Source of the DNA: the human T2T-CHM13v2.0 reference genome, Homo sapiens
Length of the DNA stretch: 64,000 nt
Strand: one strand, 5' to 3'
NCBI RefSeq assembly: GCF_009914755.1
Contig: NC_060940.1
A program made the position numbers and the translations under genes. Every line of letters begins with the position of its first letter. The first letter of the stretch is position 1. This document shows, in pieces, positions 58,516-64,000 of the stretch. The notes below the pieces were generated by a model, which saw nothing but the letters and a program-made list of their open reading frames with translations, was not told the DNA's origin and ran no database searches.

Positions 58516-58824
58516 ACCACACAGAGTACTGCAACTCACCTTGAAATTCCCTGGACTATGTGTTTACTTTATTGGGCCATTAGAGCTACTTCAGTGGCAT
58601 AATTCATGAAGCCTGAGTCTGATGTGTTTGGTCAGCAGCAGAATTTAGTGTCTTGTCTTTAGTTAAATATTCATGTATAATTTTCTGGAATAATAGAATT
58701 TTAACATAGTTATTACAAAATAACTGTTAATAACCATGTTATTACAAAAATAAAATGAAAAAATATATTTAACAATTATGTATTGAGCCCCTATTATGTG
58801 TTAGACAATATTTAGTTACTGAAG

Positions 58825-58920
58825 ATATCACCAGTAGAGCTTTTAAAAACAGAACTTGCTAGACTCTGCTCCCAGAATTTCTGATTTCATGGGTCTGGAG
58901 TGAGGGCCTAGAATTTGCAT
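58825..58920 (+). mobile_element. MER5A left part (resumes at about 61579-61650)
   Basis: cccagaatttctgatttcatgggtctggagtgagggcctagaatttgcat, continued after the L1 by gaatttgcatcttacaagttcccagg...ctttgataaccact. Confidence 0.8.
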
Positions 58921-61578
<2,658 letters not shown>

Positions 61579-61829
61579 TAGAATTTGCATCTTACAAGTT
61601 CCCAGGAGAAGCTAATTGCCCCAAGGTTACTCCTTTGATAACCACTAGTCTAGGTGACCTATAATTTTCCTCCTATTCTCTCAGTGCAAATGCTTTTGTG
61701 CACAAGAGCTCTCATTCATTGCACTGGAACTGTATTAGGTATTACAGCCGCAATAGTGAAAAATGCAGACAAAAATTCCTGCCCTCTTCACTTTGACATC
61801 TCGGTACTTACAATGGATAACATACAAAA

Positions 61830-62060
61830 AGGACTTATTATGTGTCAGGAAACTTCCAAAGCATTTTATAAATATTACTCCACTTAAGCTTTTAAAAGAC
61901 CCTGTGATGGAGATACTATTATTATCGCCATTTTACAAATAGGGAACTTTAAACTCAAAAAGGCTAAGCAATGTGTCCATACTCTTATTGTGACATGTGA
62001 CAGAGCTGAGAATTTAACTCAAACGGATTTGTTCCAGAGCCCTGCTCTTAGGCTAACATT
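61830..62060 (-). mobile_element. MIR
   Basis: atactattattatcgccattttacaaatagggaac...gacagagctgagaatttaactc. Confidence 0.7.
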
Positions 62061-62087
62061 CTACATGAATGACTATTAGGTAGTGAT

Positions 62088-64000
<1,913 letters not shown>

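Overview
Primate, most likely human, non-coding genomic DNA that is AT-rich and dominated by interspersed repeats. An AluYa5 supports human origin. It holds about 22 Alu elements, a 14-kb block of nested antisense L1 fragments (5.7-20.3 kb), a dozen ERV1/ERVL/MaLR LTRs, hAT DNA transposon remnants and many MIR/L2 pieces. No ORF in the supplied track is a credible protein-coding gene. The one recognisable gene-derived sequence is missing from that track: a 5'-truncated, frameshifted minus-strand copy of the KPNA2 (importin alpha-1) C-terminus and 3' UTR at about 44.45-45.30 kb, interrupted by a THE1 LTR. A possible minus-strand micro-exon lies at 322-356, but I could not name its gene. I found no new biological system that I can defend. 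The best leads are a MER41B LTR keeping both STAT1 GAS motifs inside an ERV1 LTR cluster, an apparent gene-conversion tract in the AluYa5, several locally templated insertions, and an L1 with both ends and a TSD but almost no ORF2. Repeat families were assigned from memory of consensus sequences, so subfamily calls and old-repeat boundaries are approximate.
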